Virus record (IMG/VR): IMGVR_UViG_2795385840_000015
Location: 39,363 to 103,362 of that record
Source of the DNA: a virus
Lineage: Duplodnaviria; Caudoviricetes
Length of the DNA: 64,000 nt
Reading direction: 5' to 3' (one strand)
The position numbers were made by a program, and so were the translations under genes. Below the pieces are notes generated by a model, which did no database searches, had not been told where the DNA came from, and saw only the letters and a list, made by a program, of their open reading frames with translations. This document shows, in pieces, positions 9,640-20,158 of the stretch. The first letter of the stretch is position 1. Each line of letters begins with the position of its first letter.

Positions 9640-10035
9640 GTGGCTGCTAAGACGGGGCCTGGCGGTGGCTATCTGCTTGATGACATCGATGTGCCTGCGT
9701 ACAACGCGGGGGCTGCTAGGTGGATGAATACCTCTCCGGTGCTGGGTGGCTACTTGGCGCATATCGGTGAGGAGGTGGTGCGGTTGTATGCGGCGAAAGT
9801 TGCTAAGCGCACTGGTGATCTGTCGAGGTCTGGTGAGGTTCGGGTGTTGCCGGATGGTGGGCATAAGAAGGACCGTCAGGTTGCGATTGTGACTGTTGGC
9901 GGTCTTTTGGCCGCTAAGACCTGGAAGGGTGCACCGTTCTATTACGGGGTTCTGCACAACTTCGGTTCTCCTACTAAGGAGCAGTTCCAGGCGCATAACG
10001 ATCTGCGGGAAGCGGTGCTTGCACTGCGAATGTAA
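9640..10035 (+). CDS. Neck protein (HK97 gp10-like)
   Basis: KRTGDLSRS..YGVLHNFG. Confidence 0.7.
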   Translation: MAAKTGPGGGYLLDDIDVPAYNAGAARWMNTSPVLGGYLAHIGEEVVRLYAAKVAKRTGDLSRSGEVRVLPDGGHKKDRQVAIVTVGGLLAAKTWKGAPFYYGVLHNFGSPTKEQFQAHNDLREAVLALRM

Positions 10036-10047
10036 TTAGGGGGTTGC

Positions 10048-10524
10048 ATGGTCACACTCCCAGGGTGGTTCAAAAGCAATTTCGTGAACGTCGAGAATTT
10101 GATGATCGATATTTTCACGAAAGTGTTTCCCGATATTGAGTCGGGGTGTTGGACTCCGGAAGACTGGCTTGATCAGGTGCAGCCTGATCCTGTGTTGAAG
10201 TTCTTTCGCATGCCGGGCGGTCGGGTTGATTGGCAGCGTGGTTTCGATGAGTGCTTTATCCAAGCTACGGCGGTCACTAATTCACGTGATGAGTCGTGGG
10301 ACGTTATGTCGGTTGTGCGAGCGGTACTTCTGCCTATGCAGGGGTACAAGTTCACAATGGCCGATGGTTTCACGGCCCAGATTCACACGGTTGAAGAGGT
10401 GTTGGGGCCGCAATTGTTGATGCCTAATCAGCAGTTGGATACCCGCGTAGTTAATTGCCAGTTCAGGGTAAGTGTTGGTTTGCGTTCGCGCGATAACTAT
10501 TTGAGGGAAGTCGCTGCCCTCTGA
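10048..10524 (+). CDS. Tail terminator
   Basis: Position before major tail; RMPGG motif. Confidence 0.75.
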   Translation: MVTLPGWFKSNFVNVENLMIDIFTKVFPDIESGCWTPEDWLDQVQPDPVLKFFRMPGGRVDWQRGFDECFIQATAVTNSRDESWDVMSVVRAVLLPMQGYKFTMADGFTAQIHTVEEVLGPQLLMPNQQLDTRVVNCQFRVSVGLRSRDNYLREVAAL

Positions 10525-10566
10525 TTTAGCGACATTCATAACTGAATACAGAAAGAACAACTAAAT

Positions 10567-11463
10567 ATGGATTTTTACACGTTGAAGGATGCGCAGGCAG
10601 ATCTTGCGATTGCGCCTCTTAATTTGACGGTGTTCCTTGCTCCGTATTCGGTGACTCCGGCTTTGACGTTGGAAGATCCTACGGACGGCTCGTTGTCTAT
10701 TCCTGCTGGTTACAAGTCTGTGGGCCATTTCGAGAAGAAGGCCGGTCTTACGCTTGGTAACGAGTTCGATTCCAAGGATATTGAGGCGTTCGGTGAGCCG
10801 GACCCGATTCGGTCGATTATTTCGAAGCGTACGACGACGTTTGATTTCTCGATGTTCCAGAATCAGCGCAATGTTCTTGAGTTGATTTGGACCGAGGACT
10901 TCTCGGATGTCACGCCGTCGCCGTTTGGTGGCATTGTTCTTGAGGCTCCTAAGGTGCCTAAGAACATCTACTACCGTGCGATTTTGTGCGGTTTGGATGA
11001 CCGGAACAACGAGGAGCTTTGGACCTACTGGCTGTTGCCTAAGGTGAAGCTGGACAAGCTGGACAACCAGACGCTTAATGACGACAACGTTATTGAGTAC
11101 AAGCCTACGTTGAAGGCTTTCCGTGATGACACGGTTGGTTATTCGGTGGCTCAGGGGTTCGCGGGGCCGGGTTGGCGTTCGATCATCGATAAGGCTGGTT
11201 TCGCGGCTTCGTTGACGGCGCTTGAGGTTTCGCCGCCTACGCCGTCTGTCACGGTTGCTTCGGGTGCGTCGCACACGGTGCAGCTGGTTGTGCAGGGTGA
11301 TAACGGGATCAACTACACGCCGGATTGCAAGTTTAAGTCGTCTGCGTCTGATAAGGCGTCTGTTTCGGCTTCGGGCTTGGTGACGGGTGTTGCGCCTGGT
11401 ACGGCGAGCATTACGGCGACTAAGGGAGCTAAGTCGGCTTCGGTGACCGTAACGGTTACTTAG
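10567..11463 (+). CDS. Major tail protein with C-terminal Ig-like domain
   Basis: GYKSVG..DIEAFG.PDPIR; C-term KASVSASGLVTGVAPGTASITAT. Confidence 0.9.
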   Translation: MDFYTLKDAQADLAIAPLNLTVFLAPYSVTPALTLEDPTDGSLSIPAGYKSVGHFEKKAGLTLGNEFDSKDIEAFGEPDPIRSIISKRTTTFDFSMFQNQRNVLELIWTEDFSDVTPSPFGGIVLEAPKVPKNIYYRAILCGLDDRNNEELWTYWLLPKVKLDKLDNQTLNDDNVIEYKPTLKAFRDDTVGYSVAQGFAGPGWRSIIDKAGFAASLTALEVSPPTPSVTVASGASHTVQLVVQGDNGINYTPDCKFKSSASDKASVSASGLVTGVAPGTASITATKGAKSASVTVTVT

Positions 11464-11471
11464 GCGAGGGA

Positions 11472-11514
11472 ATAGGGGGAGTGGCCTTGCCGGGTTGCTC
11501 CCCCTATTTCTTTT
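11472..11514 (+). terminator. Intrinsic terminator after major tail gene
   Basis: ATAGGGGGAG...CTCCCCCTAT stem, T-rich tail. Confidence 0.75.
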
Positions 11515-11551
11515 CTACACATTTATACACATTTATAGGGGGAAACTAGTA

Positions 11552-11872
11552 ATGGGTGCACAGGGGATTTCTGGCCGCGATCTGAAGGTTGTTGAGGACG
11601 CTGTTAGCGATTTCTTCGCTGAGTTGGTTGAGTCGGTGCGGGTTCCGGAGCCTTTGAAGGTTACGAATAAGATCACGCTTAAGTGCCCGACCAAAAAGCA
11701 GGTGTCGGACCTTTTGAAGGCGACGACGGAGGAAGAGGCTCAGAAGATCATCTTTGGCTCGGCATATGCAGAGGCTATGAAGCTGTTCGATAACCGACCT
11801 GTTCAGCTGTGGAACAAGTTTATGGAGAAGTACAATGCGCACTTCTTCGGGGATAGCGATAAGGGAAAATAG
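11552..11872 (+). CDS. Tail assembly chaperone (G)
   Basis: Between major tail and TMP; ends in G GGA AAA TAG. Confidence 0.85.
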   Translation: MGAQGISGRDLKVVEDAVSDFFAELVESVRVPEPLKVTNKITLKCPTKKQVSDLLKATTEEEAQKIIFGSAYAEAMKLFDNRPVQLWNKFMEKYNAHFFGDSDKGK

Positions 11873-12381
11873 GCACGGTCGCTGAGTTGGTCGGTAGGTA
11901 TTGGCGCGCGATTGAGTGGGATTTTCAACACTTGCTCGGCGTCAATGCCTTGGACTACTTCGCGGCCCCGTGTCGGTGCGCTCAGTGCCGTACCAGTGTC
12001 ACTGACTATGCGTCTCGCCGGGATTGGGGTCAGTTCATCCGGTTCTACGAGACCTGCAATGGCAAGCGTGGGTCGTACTGCCAGGCTGCGGCGTTGACAG
12101 ACCCGCAGGTAATCGACTTGCAGGCGTCGGCTCCGGAGTCTGATTGGGAGCCTGGTCCTCCGCCGTTGTTCGGGTGGTCTGCGGAGATTGACGCGTTGAC
12201 CAATATTGCTGACCAGTTGATTGCGTCGAGGTCGGCGGGTGCTCCGGACGTTAAGTACTACCCGCGTCCTGTTATCCCCGCCGAGAAGGAACGTAAGAGG
12301 CGTAAGGCGGATAAGCAGGAAACCGGTCTTGAGGCGGCTATGGAGCGTGGCCTTAGAGCGGCCGAATTGAATTACAAATGA
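11552..12381 (+). CDS. Tail assembly chaperone G-T fusion via -1 frameshift
   Basis: Slippery GGGAAAA at 11863-11869; -1 frame open into ORF 11887-12381. Confidence 0.85.
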
Positions 12382-12418
12382 TCTTTTTATAACTGAATAT
12401 TGAATATAGGGGGCTGTT

Positions 12419-15400
12419 GTGGCGGCTGAATTTGTTGCCGCGCAGGCATCGGTTCACATTGTTCCTTCGTTGAAGGATTTCCGCAGTCGATTGCGGGCTC
12501 AATTGGCGACAGTTGAGCAGTCGGTCAGTGTCGAGGTTAAGGCGCAGACGGCGAAGGCTCTTGCCGAGATTAAGGCGGCGAAAGAGCTTGCGGAGCGTGA
12601 CCCGATTGATTTGCAGGTAAAGCTTAGGTTCGACGCTAAAAAGCCGCTGACTGAGATTCGACATGTTTATCAGGATCTTAAGGCGGACATGCTTAAGGGT
12701 CTCAAGCTGAACATCATGGTTGCGGGTGCTACGCAACTAAGTCAGCTTGGGGTGGCTTTGGCAGCCCTAAATACATCTGTTGTGGAACTGGGGCAGTCGG
12801 CCCTGTTGCTTCCGGGCATCTTTTCTGGCGTCGCATCCAGTGTCGGCGCTTTGGCGGTGGGTACCCGTGGAGTCACTGACGCATTTAAGGCGTATTCGAA
12901 TGCGCAGAAGGATTCGGCGGATGCTGCGCGCCAGCAGGTGCAGGCGAACCGGAACGTGGCTGATGCGACGTTGCAGCTGGATAGGGCTGTTAAGGACGCC
13001 AAGCGCAACTTGGAGGATTTGAACTCACAGTTGCGTGATGCGCCTCTTGATGAGGCCGAGGCGGTACTGAACGTTCAGGAGGCCCGGCAGGAGGCGGCTA
13101 AGACCTTCGGCAAGTCGGCGTTGCAGATGCAGCGGGACAACCTGAATGTCCAAAAGTCTGAGGCTCGGCTTGCCGAGACGCGGCGACGGAATGCGCGGCT
13201 GATTGATGATGTGGCCGAGGCCAACGCTAAGGGTGTCCGGAACAGTGACAACGTTGTGGCAGCGCTTAACAGGCTGTCCACTGCTTCGGAAGAGGCTGGA
13301 AAATCTTCTGGGGCGCTTAAGGAATGGCAAGACGCGATGGGACGTCTGTCGCCGGAGGCCCGCAATTTTGTGACTCAGCTGACCGCGATGTCTGGCCAGT
13401 GGGACACGTTGCGGCAGAGCGTCCAGGATGGCTTGTTTGCAGGGCTCGGTGAAGATGTGCGCCAGCTTGGCGAGGTCGGACTGCCGGTGCTCAACCGGGG
13501 ACTGACTTCTATTGCCTCGGGTATCAATTCGAACCTTAAGACTGCGATTGCGTCGCTGCGACAGGGCAGCAATTTGTCGATGATCGAATCCATCTTCGGT
13601 AGCACTGCGGACGCGCAGCAGCGACTTGATGGCGCGATCAATCCCATGGTGGACGCGTTTTTGCGGTTGTCCACGGTTGGTGCATCGCATCTGCCGAGGT
13701 TGGCGACTGCGTTTGGCGATGTTATGCGCCGGTTCGACACGTTCATTAAGCGGGCGTCTGCTGACGGATCGTTGGATCGTTGGATTTCACGTGGGGAGAA
13801 GTCTCTTAAGGATCTTGGTAACTCGCTGATCAACATCGGTTCGATTATGCACACGATCAGCGACATTTTCGTTGGATCTAACGGTAAGGGCCTGTTGGCC
13901 AGCTTGGAGTCTGGAACTAAGCGGCTGTCGGAGTATCTGAAAACCGTTGAGGGACATAACAAGGTTCGGCAGTTCTTCTTGGATGCGCGCGCCGAGTTTG
14001 AGCGGTGGAAGCCGGTCCTTAGCGATGTGTGGGCCATTATCAGGAACGTCAAAGACGGTGTAATGGCCTGGGGTGGAACGGTGTTGCCGGTTCTGCGCAC
14101 TGTGTCTCAGTTGTTGGCAGGCGTGCCTGGCTTGGCTGCCGCGATCACCTACGCGATTCTTGGCTGGCGGACACTTTCGCCGGTTTTCCAGGGCGTGAAT
14201 AAGGCCCTTGGCCTTATTGATATGGACTTCCGGAACGTTGTGAAGTCTGTTGGCGAGGGCAAGGGCTTCACTGGGAAGCTGCGCGTGCTGGCGAATGTGC
14301 TTGGCACGGGCGGTGCTTTGGCTGTCGCATCGGTGGCAGCGGGCGGGATTCTGTACACGCTGGCCGACAAGCAGGACATGGCCGCTACTAAGGCTAGTCG
14401 TCACGCAGATGAGATTCGGCGGTTGCGGTCTGAGCTGAACAGCCTTACCGGCGAGCTGACGAATCAGGGCTTGATTGACAAGCTAAACGCGTTGGGTGAG
14501 TACAAACCCGAGTCGGGTTGGCGTGGTGATTCGATCGACATTCCAAAGCAGGCCGAGAAGGTCGGTATCGACCGAAACAAGCTGGGGCAGATCCTTACTC
14601 CGCGACAGGAGGCGGCGCGCAACGCAGAGTTGGGCCGTCTGGACAAGATCACCGAGGGTGCGCTTACTGGGACGGACTACTGGAAAAAGAACCATGAGGC
14701 TTTCGAGAAGGTCGGTATTAGTTCCGATGTTCTTGCTAAGGCTTTGGGTGGCGATCAGCAGGCCATTGACAAGTTCAATGCGGCGTTCGCGGCCGGTCAA
14801 ATTCCAGGTGGCGGGCCAGCTTCGCTGCATCCGGATTCGTACACGCTGGCTGATATTCAGCAGGGCGCGAACCGTATGGGTAAGCGAGTGTTGCCAGGCT
14901 TGGGCGACCAGGCCCAGTCTGCCTCTCAGGTGGCCGGCGCGGTACGTAGCAATGTCGCTGGTTCTAATGAGGTGTCTACCGACATCCGTAAGAACAACGC
15001 GGCTGCCGGTGGCGGTGAGGTAACTCTTAAGCCAGACAATCCGTTCCGTGGCTTGAATGTTGATAAGGCTTACCGTGATCCGGTCAGGGGTGGCGGCGCG
15101 GTTGTGTTGAACACTCCGTTCGCTCAGTTGCCGGAGCAACTTGTCAAAGATGTTGAGGCTAACAGTGGCACGGTAGAGCCGCTGGATGGTGGTCTGCGGT
15201 CGCAGGTCACGATGACTAGGGACCGTTTCGAGCTGTATGCGGGCGGTAAGCCCTTTGGCCCGTACGTTGGTGCGCATAAGGCTGGCGGACTCTTATCGGG
15301 GCCTGGTACGGGCACCTCGGATTCGATGTTGGCTCGCGTCTCCAATGGCGAGTACATCGTTAAGGCGTCGTCTGTTTCGAAATATGGTCTCGGACTGCTG

Positions 15401-17416
15401 CATTCGATCAATGATGGGCAATTGCCTCGGTTTGACGAGGGCGGGCCTGTCATGGTCGGACCTAAGCAGCCTTATCAACCGGTGGATCGGACGGTTGTTC
15501 CGAATCCTGGCCCCGCTGCGAGCAATTACGCAAAGGACTGGTACGGGACTAAGCCAGCTCCGGGTGTTGCGGCTACGCCCGCTCCTACCCCGATGCCGGA
15601 TATGTCTAACCCTGGTTTGTACAACCCGGCTACGGGCTCGTATACCGCGTTGCCGGATGGGTTGGGTGACAGGGGTGTTGGTACTGGGGCGAACGTTCCG
15701 CAGGTTCCTACCGCTGTTGAGACTCGGCATGGTTTGGGTATCGCTGTACCTGGCGGTAGCCAGTATTCGGCATTGCCTGGACCCGACATGGGTGCACAGG
15801 TGCCGCAGGACACGCTGGTGCCACAGCAGCAGTTGGGCTTGGCATCTCTGCCGGAGAACTTGCAGCCGGTCAGCATCCTTAGTCAGCTCGGCGAGATTCT
15901 GTTGCAGTTCGTTGCAAGCTTCTTTGGCATTGACCTGTCGTACTTCAACGCGTTTAAGTCAGGGCTTAGTGGCGTCACTCATCGAATGGCACCGGGTCAG
16001 GCGGCTAACCCCGAGGCGCAGGCGCTACAGAACCTAGCTCCGAATCCGCTGGCGGGTAGCACGTCTGCACTGCTTGAGGGCGGTACGGCGCAGGCTATGT
16101 CAGCGCAACCGGGTGCGGCACGTGCGGCGGCTATGGCCGAGTCGATGGCCGGCAAGCCTTACACGTGGGGCGGCTCAACGCTGGATGGTACGGATTGCTC
16201 CGGCTTGGTGATGTATGTGGCGGATGCCTATACCGGTAAGCAGTTCTCGGGGCGTTCTGGTGGTACTGGCACCGAGGGTGACACGCTGCGCGCTAAGGGC
16301 GCGGTGATCATTTCCGATCCGTCGCAAGCTCCTGCGGGAACTCTGCGGATTGGCTGGAATGGGAGTCACACGGCGGGTACGTTGCCCGATGGCCGGAACT
16401 TTGAGGCGTCTACATTCGGTAAGCCGATTGCGGTTGGGTCGGGGGCGCAGGGCTATAACGCAAGCGCCTTCACTAACTGGGCGTACTTCCCGGCTGGTTA
16501 TGCGGCTGGCGGTTTGTTGTCCGGCCCTGGCACTGGCACGTCTGATTCGATGCTTGCGCGGGTTTCTAACGGCGAGTTCATCGTTAAGGCATCGTCTGTG
16601 TCCAAGTATGGGGCTGGGATGCTCCATGCTCTGAATGAGGGCAAGTTGCCTCGTTTCGACGAGGGTGGGCCGGTCCTTATTCCTGGGATGGTTGCCCCGG
16701 CTCCACAGGCTGCTCCGCAGCCGATTCCTGATCCGCAAGGGCCGCAGGCCCAGCAGGCTCAACAGTCGGCGCAGGCGCAAGCTCAGAGCCAGCAGGGTGC
16801 GCAGGCGGCTACTCAGTCGCAGGCCCCGCAGACCGATACGGCGGTACAGACCGTTGGGGACGCTATGTCTGGTATCGGGAATGCGTTGAGCGGTGTTGGC
16901 GGTGGCGGTTCGTCGCCGGGTGCCGAGGCTCCGGAGGGGGCTACGGCTGAGCAAGACCCGCGTTCGATCTTGGGTGCCGCGCCTACTAATCAGGATCACA
17001 ATGCGCCTTGGCTTACTAAGGGTATTCAGGGCGCGGCGTCAACGATTGGTAGTGCGTTGTCTACCGCGATTTCGGCTGCCGGTTCTGTGGCTGGTGCTGG
17101 CGCTCCGGGTGCTGGAGCTGGCGCGAGTGCGGCGGGGTCGATGGCGGCTGCGGGTGCGCAGATCGCGGGCCAGGTGGCCTCTGGTGCGGTCAATATTTTG
17201 TCGAGCTTGATGGTTGGCACGTTGACCGGTGGAACTACTCAGGGCGCTTACGGCGCTCCGGTGTTGCCGGGGCCTCCGCAGTCTTCGGGCGGTCAGGGCG
17301 GGCCGGGAATTGTCAACAATTACGGCGACATTCATACGGCCAACTATGACGAGTTCTACAAGGGCCAGCAGCGCCGCGAGGCTCAGCAGCAGGCACCGCT
17401 TTTGCCTATGCGATAA
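12419..17416 (+). CDS. Tape measure protein with NlpC/P60-like domain
   Basis: 1665 aa Ala-rich; YTWGG..DCSGLV..HT motif at ~16150-16380. Confidence 0.95.
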   Translation: MAAEFVAAQASVHIVPSLKDFRSRLRAQLATVEQSVSVEVKAQTAKALAEIKAAKELAERDPIDLQVKLRFDAKKPLTEIRHVYQDLKADMLKGLKLNIMVAGATQLSQLGVALAALNTSVVELGQSALLLPGIFSGVASSVGALAVGTRGVTDAFKAYSNAQKDSADAARQQVQANRNVADATLQLDRAVKDAKRNLEDLNSQLRDAPLDEAEAVLNVQEARQEAAKTFGKSALQMQRDNLNVQKSEARLAETRRRNARLIDDVAEANAKGVRNSDNVVAALNRLSTASEEAGKSSGALKEWQDAMGRLSPEARNFVTQLTAMSGQWDTLRQSVQDGLFAGLGEDVRQLGEVGLPVLNRGLTSIASGINSNLKTAIASLRQGSNLSMIESIFGSTADAQQRLDGAINPMVDAFLRLSTVGASHLPRLATAFGDVMRRFDTFIKRASADGSLDRWISRGEKSLKDLGNSLINIGSIMHTISDIFVGSNGKGLLASLESGTKRLSEYLKTVEGHNKVRQFFLDARAEFERWKPVLSDVWAIIRNVKDGVMAWGGTVLPVLRTVSQLLAGVPGLAAAITYAILGWRTLSPVFQGVNKALGLIDMDFRNVVKSVGEGKGFTGKLRVLANVLGTGGALAVASVAAGGILYTLADKQDMAATKASRHADEIRRLRSELNSLTGELTNQGLIDKLNALGEYKPESGWRGDSIDIPKQAEKVGIDRNKLGQILTPRQEAARNAELGRLDKITEGALTGTDYWKKNHEAFEKVGISSDVLAKALGGDQQAIDKFNAAFAAGQIPGGGPASLHPDSYTLADIQQGANRMGKRVLPGLGDQAQSASQVAGAVRSNVAGSNEVSTDIRKNNAAAGGGEVTLKPDNPFRGLNVDKAYRDPVRGGGAVVLNTPFAQLPEQLVKDVEANSGTVEPLDGGLRSQVTMTRDRFELYAGGKPFGPYVGAHKAGGLLSGPGTGTSDSMLARVSNGEYIVKASSVSKYGLGLLHSINDGQLPRFDEGGPVMVGPKQPYQPVDRTVVPNPGPAASNYAKDWYGTKPAPGVAATPAPTPMPDMSNPGLYNPATGSYTALPDGLGDRGVGTGANVPQVPTAVETRHGLGIAVPGGSQYSALPGPDMGAQVPQDTLVPQQQLGLASLPENLQPVSILSQLGEILLQFVASFFGIDLSYFNAFKSGLSGVTHRMAPGQAANPEAQALQNLAPNPLAGSTSALLEGGTAQAMSAQPGAARAAAMAESMAGKPYTWGGSTLDGTDCSGLVMYVADAYTGKQFSGRSGGTGTEGDTLRAKGAVIISDPSQAPAGTLRIGWNGSHTAGTLPDGRNFEASTFGKPIAVGSGAQGYNASAFTNWAYFPAGYAAGGLLSGPGTGTSDSMLARVSNGEFIVKASSVSKYGAGMLHALNEGKLPRFDEGGPVLIPGMVAPAPQAAPQPIPDPQGPQAQQAQQSAQAQAQSQQGAQAATQSQAPQTDTAVQTVGDAMSGIGNALSGVGGGGSSPGAEAPEGATAEQDPRSILGAAPTNQDHNAPWLTKGIQGAASTIGSALSTAISAAGSVAGAGAPGAGAGASAAGSMAAAGAQIAGQVASGAVNILSSLMVGTLTGGTTQGAYGAPVLPGPPQSSGGQGGPGIVNNYGDIHTANYDEFYKGQQRREAQQQAPLLPMR
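15281..16675 (+). repeat. Internal ~170-bp imperfect direct repeat in TMP (15281-15451 and 16505-16675)
   Basis: AGGLLSGPGTGTSDSMLARVSNGE(Y/F)IVKASSVSKYG..LPRFDEGGPV occurs twice. Confidence 0.9.
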
Positions 17417-17436
17417 CTGAATAACTAATCACGGGG

Positions 17437-17470
17437 AGACCCCGCCTGGCTTCGGTTGGGCGGGGTTTTT
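17437..17470 (+). terminator. Intrinsic terminator after TMP
   Basis: ACCCCGCC...GGCGGGGT stem followed by T run. Confidence 0.75.
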
Positions 17471-17495
17471 CTTGTGGGGGAGACAACTAAATAGA

Positions 17496-18377
17496 GTGAC
17501 CGATTTCCTGAAAATTGAATTGACGGGCCGGGACGGTTCGCATTGGGTGCTGTCCGGTCCTGGTATGGGGAAGCAGGGGGTGACCCTTTCTCCAAATTTG
17601 CAGCAGTTCTACGACGCTCCCGTTAAGACGATGTATGTTCCGGGGCCTTTTGGTGAGGAATACGCAGGTAAACGGGTTCAGCGGCGCGAGATTGTTTTCT
17701 CTGTCCAGGCGTGGGACGAAGACCCTGATACGTGGGCGTCAGTTGATTCTGCATGGCGGTGGGCCTGGGATTACGACGAGCAGTCAACGCTAAGGGTTAC
17801 TACTGGCGATGGCACGCGCTATTTGAACGTGCGGCTAATGGAAGAACCTAAGCCGTACTACGAAAAAGATCCGCATATTACAGCGGATAACCCAATTGTC
17901 ATGACGGTTACCTCGACGTTTCCGTATTGGCAGGAGGAGCCTAAGGAATATATCTGGGAAACGCTGCATACGCAGGATTTGACGACTTTCCCGGTTCGGA
18001 ATGACGGCGATGTGCCGGTGTGGTTGCGGTGGGTTCTTACCGCCCCTGGCCGCTGGATTCTGCCGGATTTTTCGTGGGCGAACGATATGTATTCGCGCGG
18101 GCTTGAGGATTTGGGCCGCACCGTTCCGTTGCCGAGTTTGGTTGCGGGCGAGCATGTTTCGGCTGACTCCGATCCGCGTGTTCAGACACTTATTTCTGCT
18201 AACGGAATGCCTACTCAGCACCGCTGGAAAGGCAATGACCTGCTGTATCCGCTTATGCCGGGTAAGGGCGGGGACATCCCAGTGCAGTTGAAGGATGCGC
18301 CGCAGGGTGGGGCTTGCAAATTGACTGTCCCGCGCTGGTTTTCGCGTCCGTGGTCGCGACCGGGGGTGACGTTGTGA
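17496..18377 (+). CDS. Minor tail protein (distal tail)
   Basis: First gene after TMP; ELTGRDGSHW. Confidence 0.85.
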   Translation: MTDFLKIELTGRDGSHWVLSGPGMGKQGVTLSPNLQQFYDAPVKTMYVPGPFGEEYAGKRVQRREIVFSVQAWDEDPDTWASVDSAWRWAWDYDEQSTLRVTTGDGTRYLNVRLMEEPKPYYEKDPHITADNPIVMTVTSTFPYWQEEPKEYIWETLHTQDLTTFPVRNDGDVPVWLRWVLTAPGRWILPDFSWANDMYSRGLEDLGRTVPLPSLVAGEHVSADSDPRVQTLISANGMPTQHRWKGNDLLYPLMPGKGGDIPVQLKDAPQGGACKLTVPRWFSRPWSRPGVTL

Positions 18378-20137
18378 GCAGCTGGGTAGAGCTGATGTCG
18401 GAGCACGGAAACGATCCGTGGAAGGCGTTTAAGGCTGTTGAGGCTAAGGCCGAGGCCGAGAGGGCGCGGCATCACGCGTTTAGGCGGGCTAAGCCGCTTA
18501 TCCGGTTCTGGATGAATGACCCGACCGGCGCTCCCGGACTGGTGTATGTGGGCCGCGTCGATTACGACGACTCGATTAGAGGTTCATTCCCGTTCAAGAA
18601 CAACACACCTACTCAGGGTGTTTTGGAATTGCGGGATGACCACTACATGTCGATGTGGTTGAAGCGGCTTCCGAATGATCCTGAATATAAGAAGAACGTC
18701 GTTATTACGGTGGACTTCTACGGTGGCAAAAAGCGATGGTCAGGGCTCTTGGACCATTGGACGGTTAAGGGTAAAGATCACGTCAAGTATTTGGAAGTCA
18801 CCTTTAATGACGACCTAACGCATTTGCAATATCTGCTCGCACCTCCAAATCCATTGTTGCCAATCCCATTGTTTCAATTTCCTCGCATTTTCGCGCTGGC
18901 CGGACCCGCGAAATGGTGTATTTCCGCTCTAATTTTTATAAATCTATTTCGCGTAGAGGGGCATCCGTTCACGCTGCCTGATGATCCATTCGACTTGCGT
19001 TCTTGGGCGACGACGATTGACTGGTCATTGTGGCAGACGCACATTAAGTGCAGTCCATGGCTGCTAGACGATTCGACATTGTGGACTTTCTTGTCTGCCC
19101 GCATGAATCCGATCGATTCTGTCATCGCCGACTCTCTGGACGATGCGCAGTTGACGATGACTTATCGGCGTGTTCTGTCTGATGAGGGCGAGACGGTCGA
19201 GGGGCTTATTAGTGCCCCTACGGGGCATGTCGCTAACGGGGCCTTGGTGTTCGAGGTTGTTGACAACTCGAATGCAACTGCGCTTGAGGGCACGTTTTTT
19301 CAGGGCACGATCCTGGATGGATTCGTGCGCTCGGTTATCACCTATGGCGGCGGGTTTATTGAGGACACGCTGAGCGTGGTTAGTGATGACCAGACGTTGC
19401 AGCCTGACGAGTATTACCAGACTGGCTGGTTGGCGACCATGGCGAAAATGCCTTGGTTGGTTGTTCGCGATAACGAGTGGACGCCTATCGAGTCGAGCGA
19501 TTTGTCGTGGGGGCCTGCAAAGAACGTATCGGTTGTTGTTGGTGGCGATAATCCGGCGGCAGATGCTATCGCGAAACTAGTGATCGAAACTGTTGGGAAT
19601 CTTCTCGGATATTTCTTGCTGGGCGGCTTCTCTAGTGCGGGAAATATCGCGGCCGATGTGATTATGCCATTCATTGTCGGCACCATTGCGGCGTGGCTTG
19701 AATGGAAAAACACTGGCCGTGCGACTCAGCTTGGCTGGGTTCATTACATGGAGCTGTACCAGCAAGGCGCTGAGAATAACTCTTGGTCTCTGTCGGCGCT
19801 TGCTGCGCTGCGAGGCGGGTTCCTTGTGGGCCGTTCCGAGACTACGCATCTAATGGCTCTGCATGACTCGTGGATTATTCCCGGTCTGCATATCGATATT
19901 GGGCAGCGGCTCGGTTCAACTGTCCAGTCTAAGGGAATTGAGCACATTATTTGGGTTAACCAATTGGAGGAAATGACAGCGGCGTGGGATCACTCGGACG
20001 GTAAGCATCCGCTTTCGTGGGTGTTGAAAGCCGGTAAGTCTGATCGCGCTATGTCTGTCGGTGAGCGTATGGCTCGCTTGGCTAAAAAGATGAGTGAAGC
20101 TCTGAACAACGTGGGTGTTCACCTGGTTCAGAGTTAA
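18374..20137 (+). CDS. Minor tail protein (baseplate hub)
   Basis: RWSGLL, PNPLLP..QFP motifs; GTGA overlap. Confidence 0.85.
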   Translation: MSSWVELMSEHGNDPWKAFKAVEAKAEAERARHHAFRRAKPLIRFWMNDPTGAPGLVYVGRVDYDDSIRGSFPFKNNTPTQGVLELRDDHYMSMWLKRLPNDPEYKKNVVITVDFYGGKKRWSGLLDHWTVKGKDHVKYLEVTFNDDLTHLQYLLAPPNPLLPIPLFQFPRIFALAGPAKWCISALIFINLFRVEGHPFTLPDDPFDLRSWATTIDWSLWQTHIKCSPWLLDDSTLWTFLSARMNPIDSVIADSLDDAQLTMTYRRVLSDEGETVEGLISAPTGHVANGALVFEVVDNSNATALEGTFFQGTILDGFVRSVITYGGGFIEDTLSVVSDDQTLQPDEYYQTGWLATMAKMPWLVVRDNEWTPIESSDLSWGPAKNVSVVVGGDNPAADAIAKLVIETVGNLLGYFLLGGFSSAGNIAADVIMPFIVGTIAAWLEWKNTGRATQLGWVHYMELYQQGAENNSWSLSALAALRGGFLVGRSETTHLMALHDSWIIPGLHIDIGQRLGSTVQSKGIEHIIWVNQLEEMTAAWDHSDGKHPLSWVLKAGKSDRAMSVGERMARLAKKMSEALNNVGVHLVQS

Positions 20138-20158
20138 GTAAATGGGGGAAACAATTTA

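Noticed and set aside
15281-16675. TMP repeats as a diversity-generating retroelement TR/VR pair
   Set aside because: Differences are mostly synonymous and not adenine-specific; no reverse transcriptase in the window
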